Positions 16,364-25,908 are shown, numbered from the stretch's first letter. The stretch: 64,000 bases of DNA from Gammaproteobacteria bacterium (GCA_026710545.1 JAPOQU010000069.1:3791-67790), one strand, 5' to 3'. Numbers and translations: made by a program. The notes: a model not told the origin generated them from the letters alone.

Positions 16364-17428
16364 TCAACCAACCTGGTCTGGGTCATTTGTTACAGAAGCG
16401 GACAAATCTATTTGTTGACAACACCGCTCATGAAACGAAATGTAAAATTCGCGAAGTAATTGTTTTATGTCTGAGTCAATTTTGTAGTTAGCCTTCAGAT
16501 ATCGCGCTAGCATGAACATGCTGAGTACAACATAATCAGGAGTGAGTTCCTGAACAACTCCGCCATCTTTGGCCATGGGGTCATCCTTAAAAAGAGCATA
16601 TAGTAAGTTCAGAGTGGCCAAGGTTTCCTTGGCCGACCTGTCATTTTCGAAGTCTTGGTTTCCAATCCCATCTTTCACAACGGTCGCATCGATCCACTCG
16701 ACAATGGCATCGTCCTTGAGGTCAGTTACCCCTTTCGATTCCAACAGCACCATCCTCGCCAGCAAAGAGAGATGCTGCATCCGGCTATTAGGCCGGTTGA
16801 GAATGTTGAAGAAGCGATGTTTATCAGAATTCTTGTCTACAGGCTTATACGATTCGAAATCAAAAGTGATATCGTCAGCGTATTTCACAATGAAATTCCG
16901 GCCAAGGGAACTAAGGCGCGCATGAGCAATCTCCATTTGGTTAAGGCTTTCCCCTTGCTGCAATCGCCAAAAAATTTCCGTTGCAAGCTTCTGATGTTCA
17001 GGGTTGCGCGGATCTTCAATGTCGGTGATTTCATCAACATCGAACTCTTGCCGATCAATGTATCGCCGCACCTCTACTGGCAGTTTTGAATAGGTCTTAC
17101 CCGGAATGTCTGGATGGATAGATTTAAGCGATTTGGGGAGTATGATCTCATCAGCATAAAAACGCTGGACCGTAGTAATACGTTGCTGTCCATCAACGAC
17201 CTCCTGGATAGTAGTATCGCTATCAAGTCTTATCTTCCTGAGAACAATTTTCGGTACGTAATACCCACGAACAATACTATCAAGCAGACTCTGCTGCTTC
17301 TTTTTTGACCATACGGTTTTGCGCTGATATGGGGGGCGGGTAATATAATCATCTGGATATTCGTGGAAGTCCTTGATCTTTGTCTTGCTAGGGATGATCT
17401 TATAGTCGCGCGAGGGATCGAAAGCCAT
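16364..17428 (-). CDS. DUF262 (ParB/Srx-like) protein lacking any DUF1524/HNH nuclease domain
   Basis: 354-aa ORF with ITRPPYQRKTVWSKKKQQSLLDSIVRGYYVP, VVDGQQRITTV and FWRLQQGESLNQMEIAHARL. The C-terminal half is helical with no nuclease motif. Confidence 0.8.
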   Translation of the reverse strand: MAFDPSRDYKIIPSKTKIKDFHEYPDDYITRPPYQRKTVWSKKKQQSLLDSIVRGYYVPKIVLRKIRLDSDTTIQEVVDGQQRITTVQRFYADEIILPKSLKSIHPDIPGKTYSKLPVEVRRYIDRQEFDVDEITDIEDPRNPEHQKLATEIFWRLQQGESLNQMEIAHARLSSLGRNFIVKYADDITFDFESYKPVDKNSDKHRFFNILNRPNSRMQHLSLLARMVLLESKGVTDLKDDAIVEWIDATVVKDGIGNQDFENDRSAKETLATLNLLYALFKDDPMAKDGGVVQELTPDYVVLSMFMLARYLKANYKIDSDIKQLLREFYISFHERCCQQIDLSASVTNDPDQVG

Positions 17429-17722
17429 TTTATTTCTCCTTTATCGATAAGTTCATTTTACACATCGCTAATTGTTTAATGTTGGGGCGTAATATAATGA
17501 GATTCGGGGACATCCAAGATACTGGACGAATAACTTTACAAATTGTTCTATACACTTTGAAGTATTCGCAGTGTTTAGCACAGACGTGCTAGATGCTCCC
17601 CTGGAACATGAGGTTTAGTCGTGCCTTGTTTGAAGTGGTAGTCTACATACCGCAGCATACGTAGAACTCCCGTGCTACCAACAATGTGAATAACGAGAGT
17701 GAGCTTCTCTAAAGTCATACTT

Positions 17723-18808
17723 TTAGATTAAGCCTACAATCCGATTGGTTGCTATTGTACCGAGTCTAAAAAGTAACTCACTTTGAGCGGAGGCTTGTCT
17801 CCAAGAACGTGCGAGATCTGATTCCCACGGTGTAACAATAAGCTCGAAAGAACCGTCTGGAAGGCGGCGAAACATGACAGCAGAATCGGCATAGTTGAAT
17901 CCGCCTTGGGCGATTGTTGGGAGATTTAATCGCTCCATTCGGTTGTTGCCATGCCAAGTTAGGGGCCTATCGTTCCAAACTCGTGCAGCACTGCGCAGAG
18001 GTGGATGACCGATTGTTAGATTGTGCGGGTAGTCGTACTGGTTGAAATGAAAGCCAAAGAATGTATGCCCACCGCGTGGCAGTTCCAACTGATTTTGGGA
18101 CCCACCCTGTAATCCTTCCCCTTGAATCCACATTGCATTGTGATCGCCTGGATTGACAGCACCTGTTTCAATTACTGTTCGAAACAAAGGCAAATCGCCG
18201 TCGATGATGGGTGCCGGAGGCTCGACCGGCTCAGCTTCTGGTCCAACTGCGCCAGGTTGCGGCCGCTGCTGACGCGTGGCTTCGTATGTTGCCAGCAGTT
18301 CGTTCGAAAGGGCCATCGTTTCATGACCAGTTCGGGTAAACGCTGAGACGACTTCTCCAGATGCAACAGATTGCTGAGTCCAAGCTACCTCTGAATTCAC
18401 ACTGAGACCGCGACCGGTAAGGTTCGCCGACCCAATAAGCAAGTTGAAGGTATCGTCATTTTTTCCAAATGCGTACATTTTCGGATGGAATGCCCTTGAA
18501 GGGATCAAGGAACCATGTTCAAGCCTTTGCGTACCAGCGACCAGGACGCTTGCGTTATCAAGATCCAACCAATCGCGAAGAGCTTGTGGTTCGGTAAAGC
18601 CGAAGTCGAACGACGTGATAAGCAACTTTGGGATTGCAGCAAATGCCTCTCCGCCCAAAGAGTTGGCTACCGCGTCCAAGAGAATATTGGAGCCGCTACG
18701 TGTCACATATGCAGATGCCACCCGTAATTCGGTGGTATTTTGCCCGACAAGATCAACAATCGCATGCCGAATATTACCGGGTGCTGTCGAGTTTTGGATA
18801 ATTAACAT
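17723..18808 (-). CDS. PLD-superfamily (HKD) nuclease, restriction-endonuclease-like (BfiI/NgoFVII-type layout)
   Basis: 361-aa ORF with a single HKD motif, AFHPKMYAFGKNDDTFNLLIGSANLTGRGL, in the N-terminal half. The ~170-aa C-terminal domain is unassigned. The gene is divergent from the methyltransferase genes. Confidence 0.7.
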   Translation of the reverse strand: MLIIQNSTAPGNIRHAIVDLVGQNTTELRVASAYVTRSGSNILLDAVANSLGGEAFAAIPKLLITSFDFGFTEPQALRDWLDLDNASVLVAGTQRLEHGSLIPSRAFHPKMYAFGKNDDTFNLLIGSANLTGRGLSVNSEVAWTQQSVASGEVVSAFTRTGHETMALSNELLATYEATRQQRPQPGAVGPEAEPVEPPAPIIDGDLPLFRTVIETGAVNPGDHNAMWIQGEGLQGGSQNQLELPRGGHTFFGFHFNQYDYPHNLTIGHPPLRSAARVWNDRPLTWHGNNRMERLNLPTIAQGGFNYADSAVMFRRLPDGSFELIVTPWESDLARSWRQASAQSELLFRLGTIATNRIVGLI

Positions 18809-18940
18809 TTTGGTGGTCCATGACTATATGTCGTTGTTTTGGCTGGACATAGATCGTTACATTGACCCAGTAATATCATTCGATAGTGCGGAGTCAAAAC
18901 TCTTTTCCGAACAATACTCGGAATCGACAAGTAACTCAAC

Positions 18941-19010
18941 ACAGTGCACTATGGTCGATCCCGAAAAACATGCGAATCTTATCGATTTACATCATAGTGC
19001 ATCACTATGT
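18941..19010. promoter_or_regulatory. two related palindromes, CACAGTG-CACTATG (18941..18954) and CATAGTG-cat-CACTATG (18994..19010); candidate controller/RHH operators
   Basis: Read directly in the divergent nuclease/methyltransferase intergenic region, 54-120 nt upstream of the RHH ORF. Confidence 0.35.
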
Positions 19011-19063
19011 TGCGTTTGGGCAGAGAATCGGATAGAGTGAGCGAAAGATGAACATAGTGGTCG

Positions 19064-19273
19064 ATGGTCATGAAGGGAAGATACAGGAAATTAGGATTCC
19101 GGTTCACGGTGAACCTGATTGAAGACTATCACGATGTGCTTAAGGCATTTGACAACAAGCACGAAGTCTCAGTTTCTTGGGTGTTGCAGATAGCGATTGA
19201 AAATTATCTGCGTAGTTTCCCATCAGGTGTTATAGGAACGATACAGGCGCCCGCGGTTACAAGGTGTAATTAA
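19064..19273 (+). CDS. small ribbon-helix-helix-like protein (possible controller of the R-M module)
   Basis: 69-aa ORF with a basic N-terminus and strand-like LGFRFTVNL, followed by helices DYHDVLKAFDNKHEVSVSWVLQIAIENYL. The fold call is by pattern only. Confidence 0.4.
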   Translation: MVMKGRYRKLGFRFTVNLIEDYHDVLKAFDNKHEVSVSWVLQIAIENYLRSFPSGVIGTIQAPAVTRCN

Positions 19274-19315
19274 CCAGTGGGAATCCTGACATTGGAAAAT
19301 CGGTGGGAGGAGGGC

Positions 19316-21169
19316 ATGAAACATGCACAGCCTCGGAGTTCCGGTGCCAAAGAACTGTCTGTCGTTCTTGATACTCTCTATTCCAGAGAGCTTTCAGCTA
19401 AGCGTACGGGGCACCTCTACGGCGCATTTCCTTACCCAACCAAGATTTCTCCCGAAGCTATCGCCCTGTTTATCGCGGCCCATACTAAACCGGGTGACAC
19501 GGTTTTCGACGGTTTCGCCGGTAGTGGTACGACGGGCCTAGCCACTCTGCTATGTGAAGACCCGCCAGATGAACTACGTTCTGAGGCCGAGCGTCTCAAG
19601 CTCAATGTCACATGGGGTGCCCGCAACGCCGTTCTTTATGAACTCGGGGCCCTTGGTGCCTTTGTCGGGGAAACCCTGACGAACCCACCAGAACCGCTTT
19701 TGTTTCGTAGGGCAGCAGAAGAACTTTTACGAGACGCAGAAGTTAAGGACGGCTGGATATATGGTGCCGTAGATCCTGACGGATGTGAGGGTACCATTCG
19801 TTATGTCATCTGGTCTGATCTATTACGCTGTCCGGCGTGCTTTCAGAGAGTCAGCCTCTGGGATGCATGTGTGTACTTTAATCCCGCGCGGATCTCATCT
19901 CTTTTCTCGTGCCCGGTGTGCGATCATGAAGGACCACTCGATAATGTAGAACGTATCACCGAGAACAAATGGGATGACATCATCGGTGGGGAGCAAGTAC
20001 AGCGCGTACGCCGTCCTGCCCGTATTTATGGCGCTACTGGTAAAAGGCGCTGGTCGCGCCCAGCTACTCAGCACGATCTATTCTTACTGGAGCGTGTCGG
20101 GACCGAGCCGATCCCCGATTCAGTACCAGATATCGCGATACCATGGGGCGATCTTTACCGACGTGGTTATCATAAGGGAATCACACATCTCCACCAATTC
20201 TACACACGGCGTAACCTCTTCGTGTTTGCTCGACTGTGGGAACGCGCTTGCCGTTACGGAGGCACCCTTGGCAATGCAATGCGATTCTGGCTATTAAGCT
20301 ATAACGCCTCGCACGCCACGATCATGACCCGTGTCGTCGCGAAGTCCAAGCAGAAAGATCTAGTTGTGACAAGCGCCCAGCCTGGCGTGCTCTATATTAG
20401 CGGCCTTCCGGTCGAAAAGAATCTATTTGCCGGACTACGCCGCAAACTCTCCACTATTACTAGCGCGTTCGCGATCATTCATGGGCGTAAAAGCCGAGTA
20501 AATGTTCACCAGCGGTCAAGCTGCATTGTCAATCTTCCCGACCAGAGTATAGATTATGTGTTCACCGACCCTCCATTTGGAGGCAACATTCCCTACGCTG
20601 AAATTAATTTTCTGAATGAGGCTTGGCTTGACCGCTATACCGAACGCAATGAGGAAATTATCATCAGCAGAGCCCAGGAAAAAACAGTCGCCGAGTATCA
20701 GAATCTACTCAAGATGGCTCTTAGCGAAGTTCATCGTATTCTCAAGCCCACCGGCAAAGCTACGCTTGTATTTCACTCAGCATCCGCAGAAGTCTGGAAC
20801 GCCCTTCAATCCGCATACACCGATGCGGGATTCGGCGTTGAATGCACGAGTGTTCTCGAAAAAACCCAAGGCAGCTTTAAGCAGGTTACGACCAGCGGGT
20901 CGGTCCGGGGAGATCCTGTACTTCTACTCGGAAAGAATTCTGCCAAGCAGATCAGTTCGATGCCCGATGTGTGGACGGTAGCAGAGCAACTTTGGCAAGA
21001 AGCCATTTTATCCTTTGACCCTGGTGAACAGAATGTGCAGCGACTCTATTCACGACTGGTCAGGCATTTTCTGACTCATCATCAGCAGATACCTCTTGAT
21101 GCCGAAACATTTTACCAATGGTACCGAGAGCGACATTCAGTAGAGATTAACCACGGTGCAAAGTATTGA
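19316..21169 (+). CDS. N4/N6 DNA methyltransferase, motif I before motif IV (alpha-like order), with internal Cys4 zinc ribbon
   Basis: It has PTKISPEAIALFIAAHTKPGDTVFDGFAGSGTTGLA (AdoMet motif), CPACFQ..CPVCDHEG and DYVFTDPPFGGNIPYAE (catalytic DPPF). ATG 19316 follows the SD GGGAGGAGGG. The ORF track starts at GTG 19277. Confidence 0.8.
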   Translation: MKHAQPRSSGAKELSVVLDTLYSRELSAKRTGHLYGAFPYPTKISPEAIALFIAAHTKPGDTVFDGFAGSGTTGLATLLCEDPPDELRSEAERLKLNVTWGARNAVLYELGALGAFVGETLTNPPEPLLFRRAAEELLRDAEVKDGWIYGAVDPDGCEGTIRYVIWSDLLRCPACFQRVSLWDACVYFNPARISSLFSCPVCDHEGPLDNVERITENKWDDIIGGEQVQRVRRPARIYGATGKRRWSRPATQHDLFLLERVGTEPIPDSVPDIAIPWGDLYRRGYHKGITHLHQFYTRRNLFVFARLWERACRYGGTLGNAMRFWLLSYNASHATIMTRVVAKSKQKDLVVTSAQPGVLYISGLPVEKNLFAGLRRKLSTITSAFAIIHGRKSRVNVHQRSSCIVNLPDQSIDYVFTDPPFGGNIPYAEINFLNEAWLDRYTERNEEIIISRAQEKTVAEYQNLLKMALSEVHRILKPTGKATLVFHSASAEVWNALQSAYTDAGFGVECTSVLEKTQGSFKQVTTSGSVRGDPVLLLGKNSAKQISSMPDVWTVAEQLWQEAILSFDPGEQNVQRLYSRLVRHFLTHHQQIPLDAETFYQWYRERHSVEINHGAKY

Positions 21170-23288
21170 GGTGGTCAAGACTATAAGAAATACGGCTCGC
21201 GCTTACGAGCAAACGCTCGACCCGGGGCGCCGCAAGCAACTTGGTCAGTTTTTCAGCGGAGTACCCCTCGGCAAGCTGCTTGCACATCTTAGCTTTAACC
21301 CCGTTACTCGCACTGTCCTTGATCCCATGGCTGGTCATGGTGATCTGCTTGATGCTACTTGGGAGGTAGCCGTCGAACGCGGGATCACGCTGGAGAGGAT
21401 CGACGGCATTGAGATTGACGATTCTACCGCCGTGATTTGCCGCAACCGCCTCGCTTTAACCCCCACCAACGATAAGCGGCCTGAATCTGTGATCGTAACT
21501 GGGAATGCCTTTGAACCAGCTACATTAAAGTCCTTACCGATGAGTTCCTATGACTTGGTCATCACCAATCCTCCTTATGTGCGATATCAGGGACGCAAAG
21601 GGAGTGGTGACAGTTTGGATAATGCCCGCTCCGGGCTCAAAAAGGTCGTACAGAGTATTTCCGATGAAAGTAGCCGGATTGTCTGGAGTACTCTTGTACA
21701 AGGTTATTCTGGACTAGCCGACCTATCCATTCCAGCTTGGATTCTGGCCGGATTCATGGTTCGTCCTGGTGGACGGCTCGCACTGATCGTGCCTGCAACA
21801 TGGCGTTCGCGCGATTACGCAGACGTAATCCGCTATCTTCTCTTGCGCTATTTCGTGGTGGAGACTATCGTCGCTGATACTCAGCCAGGCTGGTTCTCTG
21901 ATGCACTGGTCCGCACAAACCTGATAGTAGCCCAACGCCTAATGGGTGAAGAAACCAGGCGGCCGCTCAGCGAAAAGAGTCACTGGACTGCAGCACGGTG
22001 GCTTCATATTTCTCCTAGTGCCGCGAATGACCATTCATTGGTTGGAAATGCTTTTGCGAGCGATCATCCAGAAGCAGCACTGTCAGAATGGTTGAAGAAA
22101 CCATCGAGAACTTCAATTGAAAGCATTGAAGTTCGTAACTTCGACCTCTGCCACGAATGGGCTACACTACAGTCACGTATTACCCGATACCGATGGTATC
22201 CAATGGTTGAAAGTTGCAGCAAAGACCTGTCATTATTTCCCGCATGGTCGAAGTCCGTTGCTCCAGTCCTGCCTGATGCGTTGCGTCAAGTTTTGCCCAC
22301 TGATGCTAAACCCGCCAACCTCGTTACACTAGAGGAGTCTGGAATCAAGGTCGGCCAAGGTCTGCGTACAGGCTGTAATGGATTCTTTTACGTCACCGTA
22401 TGCGGCGAAGGCGAAGGCGACATGATGCCGATTAGATCTTCGTCTGCTGTAGGAAATTGGACATTCGCAGTCTCGTCAGCCGCCCTTAGGCCTGTTCTAC
22501 GCCGTCAGTCGGAAATTGTACTGATAGAAAAGGGCAGCTTTCCGCCTGGCCGTGTGCTCAATTTGCGCGCATGGGTTCTTCCAGAAGATGTACAGCAGGT
22601 CGCAGATGCAAAGGCTGCATATGCATTGCGCCACGAAACCCCTCCACAGGTTATGCCCGCAGATTTGGCCGCATTTGTCCGTCATGCCGCTTCAGTTTCT
22701 ATAGTTGGCAGAGGCAGTAGCATACCAATTCCAGAACTCTCCGCTGTTCGAACAAATGTACGGCGCGCTCGCACCAATACCCTCACGCCGCGCTTCTGGT
22801 ATATGCTGCCGGATTTCAGACAGCGTCACTTACCTGCCGCGTTCGTTCCTAGGGTTAATCAGGGCACACCCTGGATTGAGTGTAACACCCGCCCACCTTT
22901 ACTCATCGACGCAAATTTCTCGACCTTCTGGGCAATTGATGATGTCTGGTCTCCCTTCGCAATTAAGGCTATGCTCAACAGCGTATGGTGTCGAGCCTAC
23001 ATGGAAGCCGCTGGCACTCCACTCGGCGGCGGCGCACTCAAGCTTGAAGCGACTCACCTCCGTCAGATGCCCATTCCTCTGCTCACAAACTGTGATCGCG
23101 TTGCACTGCATACCGCGGGAAAATACATGCGCCGGAACACTCAAGAGATTCAGGCTCAAATTGACCGCATTGTCTTGCAGGCACTCTATTCTGACAATCC
23201 TAGCGGGACTACGCTCTCAAATTTTGCCACCTATCTCACAGTTCAGATGAGCAAGCTCTGCGCCGCACGCCAAAGGACTGCGTCATAA
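21156..23288 (+). CDS. gamma-class N6-adenine DNA methyltransferase (Eco57I-MTase-like with TaqI-type target-recognition domain)
   Basis: It has LGQFFSGVPLGKLL..VLDPMAGHGDLL, DLVITNPPYVRYQG (NPPY) and GIKVGQGLRTGCNGFFYV. It overlaps the upstream MTase by 14 nt. Confidence 0.85.
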   Translation: MQSIEVVKTIRNTARAYEQTLDPGRRKQLGQFFSGVPLGKLLAHLSFNPVTRTVLDPMAGHGDLLDATWEVAVERGITLERIDGIEIDDSTAVICRNRLALTPTNDKRPESVIVTGNAFEPATLKSLPMSSYDLVITNPPYVRYQGRKGSGDSLDNARSGLKKVVQSISDESSRIVWSTLVQGYSGLADLSIPAWILAGFMVRPGGRLALIVPATWRSRDYADVIRYLLLRYFVVETIVADTQPGWFSDALVRTNLIVAQRLMGEETRRPLSEKSHWTAARWLHISPSAANDHSLVGNAFASDHPEAALSEWLKKPSRTSIESIEVRNFDLCHEWATLQSRITRYRWYPMVESCSKDLSLFPAWSKSVAPVLPDALRQVLPTDAKPANLVTLEESGIKVGQGLRTGCNGFFYVTVCGEGEGDMMPIRSSSAVGNWTFAVSSAALRPVLRRQSEIVLIEKGSFPPGRVLNLRAWVLPEDVQQVADAKAAYALRHETPPQVMPADLAAFVRHAASVSIVGRGSSIPIPELSAVRTNVRRARTNTLTPRFWYMLPDFRQRHLPAAFVPRVNQGTPWIECNTRPPLLIDANFSTFWAIDDVWSPFAIKAMLNSVWCRAYMEAAGTPLGGGALKLEATHLRQMPIPLLTNCDRVALHTAGKYMRRNTQEIQAQIDRIVLQALYSDNPSGTTLSNFATYLTVQMSKLCAARQRTAS

Positions 23289-23500
23289 ATTAAAATTTTG
23301 CTCAGGCCAGAAAGGCGACCAGGTACTACCGCGAACTATGTCAAGTCAGAATCATTATAGCGCTCTCTCAACTCAGCCAGCAAACGCGCTACTTGGTCGG
23401 TTGCATGGCCGCTTTCTTGGTCGGTTGCGGGAAACTCCCGGACAGCTTCAAGAATGGTTTCCAGCGTAAAAACAATAATCAGAACTGGACAATTTTATGC

Positions 23501-23725
23501 CTATCCGGGCGGAGGGAATGGGTCACTTTCATAAGAGTTACGTTCTCGAATTCGACCATCGCTCCCGAAAATGTATAATTCAGTATGCTCACGCTTAGCG
23601 ATATCGCGTGCAGCCTCAATGGCCTCACTCTGTGTTTTGAAATACCGCGAAACACGAGTAGAGCCAGACTTGCGCACAGCCCATTTACCGTTTCGAGGCA
23701 CAACAAGTTGAGTTTTACCGGGCAT
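23501..23725 (-). CDS. DUF2188-family small protein
   Basis: 74-aa ORF with VVPRNGKWAVRKSGSTRVSRYFKTQSEAIEAARDIAKREHTELYIFGSDGRIRERNSYESDPFPPPG, which matches the DUF2188 pattern. Confidence 0.7.
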   Translation of the reverse strand: MPGKTQLVVPRNGKWAVRKSGSTRVSRYFKTQSEAIEAARDIAKREHTELYIFGSDGRIRERNSYESDPFPPPG

Positions 23726-23965
23726 TGTTCACTTTCAAATGATTCTGACTCAGGGATAAATCATATCATATTCATAGGGGAGAAATTACTACTACTGCCA
23801 TTCAAGGTAGGGCAATCTGCAATCCTTTAACGGCTGTTAAATTTCAACCATACACTATATTACATCCATAAAACGTGCAAACAATCACGTTTTACCCACG
23901 TGAAACGTGATCATATACCACATTTTTGCTATGATTCCATCTCGTAATCACTATAAAGATGTCTT

Positions 23966-25285
23966 ATGCGGCGCGATATCGAACAACAACTCCTCCAATG
24001 GAAAGACTCGGACAGGCGCAAGCCCCTGGTCTTGCGCGGCGCGCGCCAAACCGGGAAAACCTATTCCCTGAGAGAGTTCGGCCAACAGCACTACAAGCGC
24101 CTTGCCTACCTGAACTTTGAAGAGACGGCGTCCGCCTCTCAGCTTTTCCAGGCGGACCTGGATCCGCATCGTATCATCCCGGAAATCAGCCTGATGCTGG
24201 ACCTGCCCATCGTTCCGGCTGAGACGTTGATCGTTTTTGATGAGGTCCAGGCTTGTCCCAATGCGCTTACCAGCCTGAAATACTTTGCCGAGAAAGCCGG
24301 CGAGTACCATGTTGCGGCGGCAGGTTCGTTGCTGGGCGTTAAACTGGGCAAACCGGCGAGCTTTCCGGTGGGGAAAGTGAATTTCCTGGATTTGTATCCG
24401 CTCAGCTTCTGTGAGTTCCTGGATGCCCTGGATAAAAGCCGGTTGCGTGAGCATATCGATACCATCGACAGGTTAAGCCCACTCCCCGCGCCCATTCACG
24501 AGCAGTTGATTCACCTGTTGAAGGTCTACACCTTTACCGGGGGGATGCCGGAAGCGGTCATGCACTACCGGGAAAACCAGGACTTGCATAGCGTCAGAAC
24601 AATACAGAGGGAAGTGCTGGACGCCTACCTGCTGGACTTTTCCAAGCACGCCAATCCCCGCGAGGTCATGAAAATTACCACTGTCTGGAACCAGGTCCAA
24701 AGCCAACTGGCAAAGGAAAACAAGAAATTTATCTTTTCGGCGGTTCGTAAAAGCGCCCGGGGGCGTGACTATGAGAGCGCCATTCAATGGTTGCTGGATG
24801 CGGGGCTGATCTACAAATCAGTGAAAATTTCCGCCCCCAGGTTGCCGATTGAGGCGTATGCCCAATCCAATATATTCAAGATCTACCTGCTGGACCCCGG
24901 CCTGCTGGCAGCGATGGCCGACATTCCTGCCCGCATTCTGATTGAGGGTGATCGGCTGTTTACCGAATACAAGGGAGCTTTCATTGAAAACCTGGCCGCG
25001 GCCACCCTGGTCGGCGCTCATGGGAAACAGCTATATTACTGGGCCAGCGAAAACCTGGCTGAAGTCGATTTCGTCGTTTCCTACGAGCATGAGCTTTATC
25101 CGTTGGAGGTGAAAGCAGGAATTTCAAGGAAGAAAAAGAGCCTGCTCGCCTATGATGACAGGTATCATCCCTCCAAGCTGGTCAGGACGACACTGATGAA
25201 CCTGCGGCAGGATGGCAGAATAGTCAATATTCCGTTGTACCTGTTACACAGGTTTCCGGAGATTGTTCTTGGGGATTCACCTTGA
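23966..25285 (+). CDS. AAA+ ATPase with DUF4143-type C-terminal domain
   Basis: 439-aa ORF with KPLVLRGARQTGKTY (Walker A), LIVFDEVQ (Walker B) and C-terminal AEVDFVV...YPLEVKAG, typical of this family. Confidence 0.8.
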   Translation: MRRDIEQQLLQWKDSDRRKPLVLRGARQTGKTYSLREFGQQHYKRLAYLNFEETASASQLFQADLDPHRIIPEISLMLDLPIVPAETLIVFDEVQACPNALTSLKYFAEKAGEYHVAAAGSLLGVKLGKPASFPVGKVNFLDLYPLSFCEFLDALDKSRLREHIDTIDRLSPLPAPIHEQLIHLLKVYTFTGGMPEAVMHYRENQDLHSVRTIQREVLDAYLLDFSKHANPREVMKITTVWNQVQSQLAKENKKFIFSAVRKSARGRDYESAIQWLLDAGLIYKSVKISAPRLPIEAYAQSNIFKIYLLDPGLLAAMADIPARILIEGDRLFTEYKGAFIENLAAATLVGAHGKQLYYWASENLAEVDFVVSYEHELYPLEVKAGISRKKKSLLAYDDRYHPSKLVRTTLMNLRQDGRIVNIPLYLLHRFPEIVLGDSP

Positions 25286-25307
25286 GCAGCATTAAGTATC
25301 CTGGGCA

Positions 25308-25520
25308 TCAGGAGTTTTTGACACCCGCCAACTGTCTGGCTTTCTGTTTGACTGATTTAATATCAAGCTCCCCAGTTTGGCCGCTCTCAATGCCTTGTGT
25401 GATCGCCACCTGAAGGGCGGCAAACTTCTCCGGCCAGCCGTCCTTTGATAGGTCGGGAGCAGTATCCGGGTCAAAATCTCGCTGTGTTGAGTCTTCGTTC
25501 ACGTTGGTTTTCGAATTCAA
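25308..25520 (-). CDS. hypothetical; possible C-terminal remnant of a ParD-type antitoxin
   Basis: 70 codons with a TTG start. The tail ALQVAITQGIESGQTGELDIKSVKQKARQLAG resembles ParD C-termini, but no N-terminal RHH is present. Confidence 0.3.
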   Translation of the reverse strand: MNSKTNVNEDSTQRDFDPDTAPDLSKDGWPEKFAALQVAITQGIESGQTGELDIKSVKQKARQLAGVKNS

Positions 25521-25626
25521 TCCGTATGAACTAATGCTATTACACTAATCGGCTTGATTCAAGAACAAACCTCTTCCCTTGACATCCAGTACGTTAAAGC
25601 GTAGGTAATCAGGGCAGCGGTTAACG

Positions 25627-25869
25627 ATGATTACAATTAATGTAAACGAAGCGCGTACCAGGTTGGATAACCTGATTGATGAAGCATCAAAAACCCACAA
25701 ACCGATTCTCATTGTCGGTATCAGAAACAACGTGGTTTTACTCGCTGAAGAGGATTGGAAGACCATCAACGAGACCCTCTACCTGGTTTCAACTCCCGGT
25801 ATGCGAGAGTCCATCATCGAGGGGATGGAGACCAGCCTGGAAGAATGTGACAAGGCACTTGACTGGTAG
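25627..25869 (+). CDS. Phd/YefM-family antitoxin (orphan; no cognate toxin gene follows)
   Basis: 80-aa ORF with MITINVNEARTRLDNLIDEASKTHKPILIVGIRNNVVLLAEEDWKTINETLYL. Confidence 0.8.
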   Translation: MITINVNEARTRLDNLIDEASKTHKPILIVGIRNNVVLLAEEDWKTINETLYLVSTPGMRESIIEGMETSLEECDKALDW

Positions 25870-25908
25870 TGCGAGAAAGTGTACAGAAATGTTCCGGCGA
25901 ACCATGGC

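Noticed and set aside
23338-23470. Minus-strand protein-like frame (...LETILEAVREFPATDQESGHATDQVARLLAELRERYNDSDLT)
   Set aside because: There is no ATG/GTG/TTG start after the upstream in-frame stop, and only ~45 codons. It is probably a gene remnant and is not reported as a feature.
25870-25908. Possible toxin gene downstream of the orphan Phd/YefM antitoxin
   Set aside because: Only 39 nt separate it from the convergent RloB gene. All three frames give short non-toxin-like peptides.
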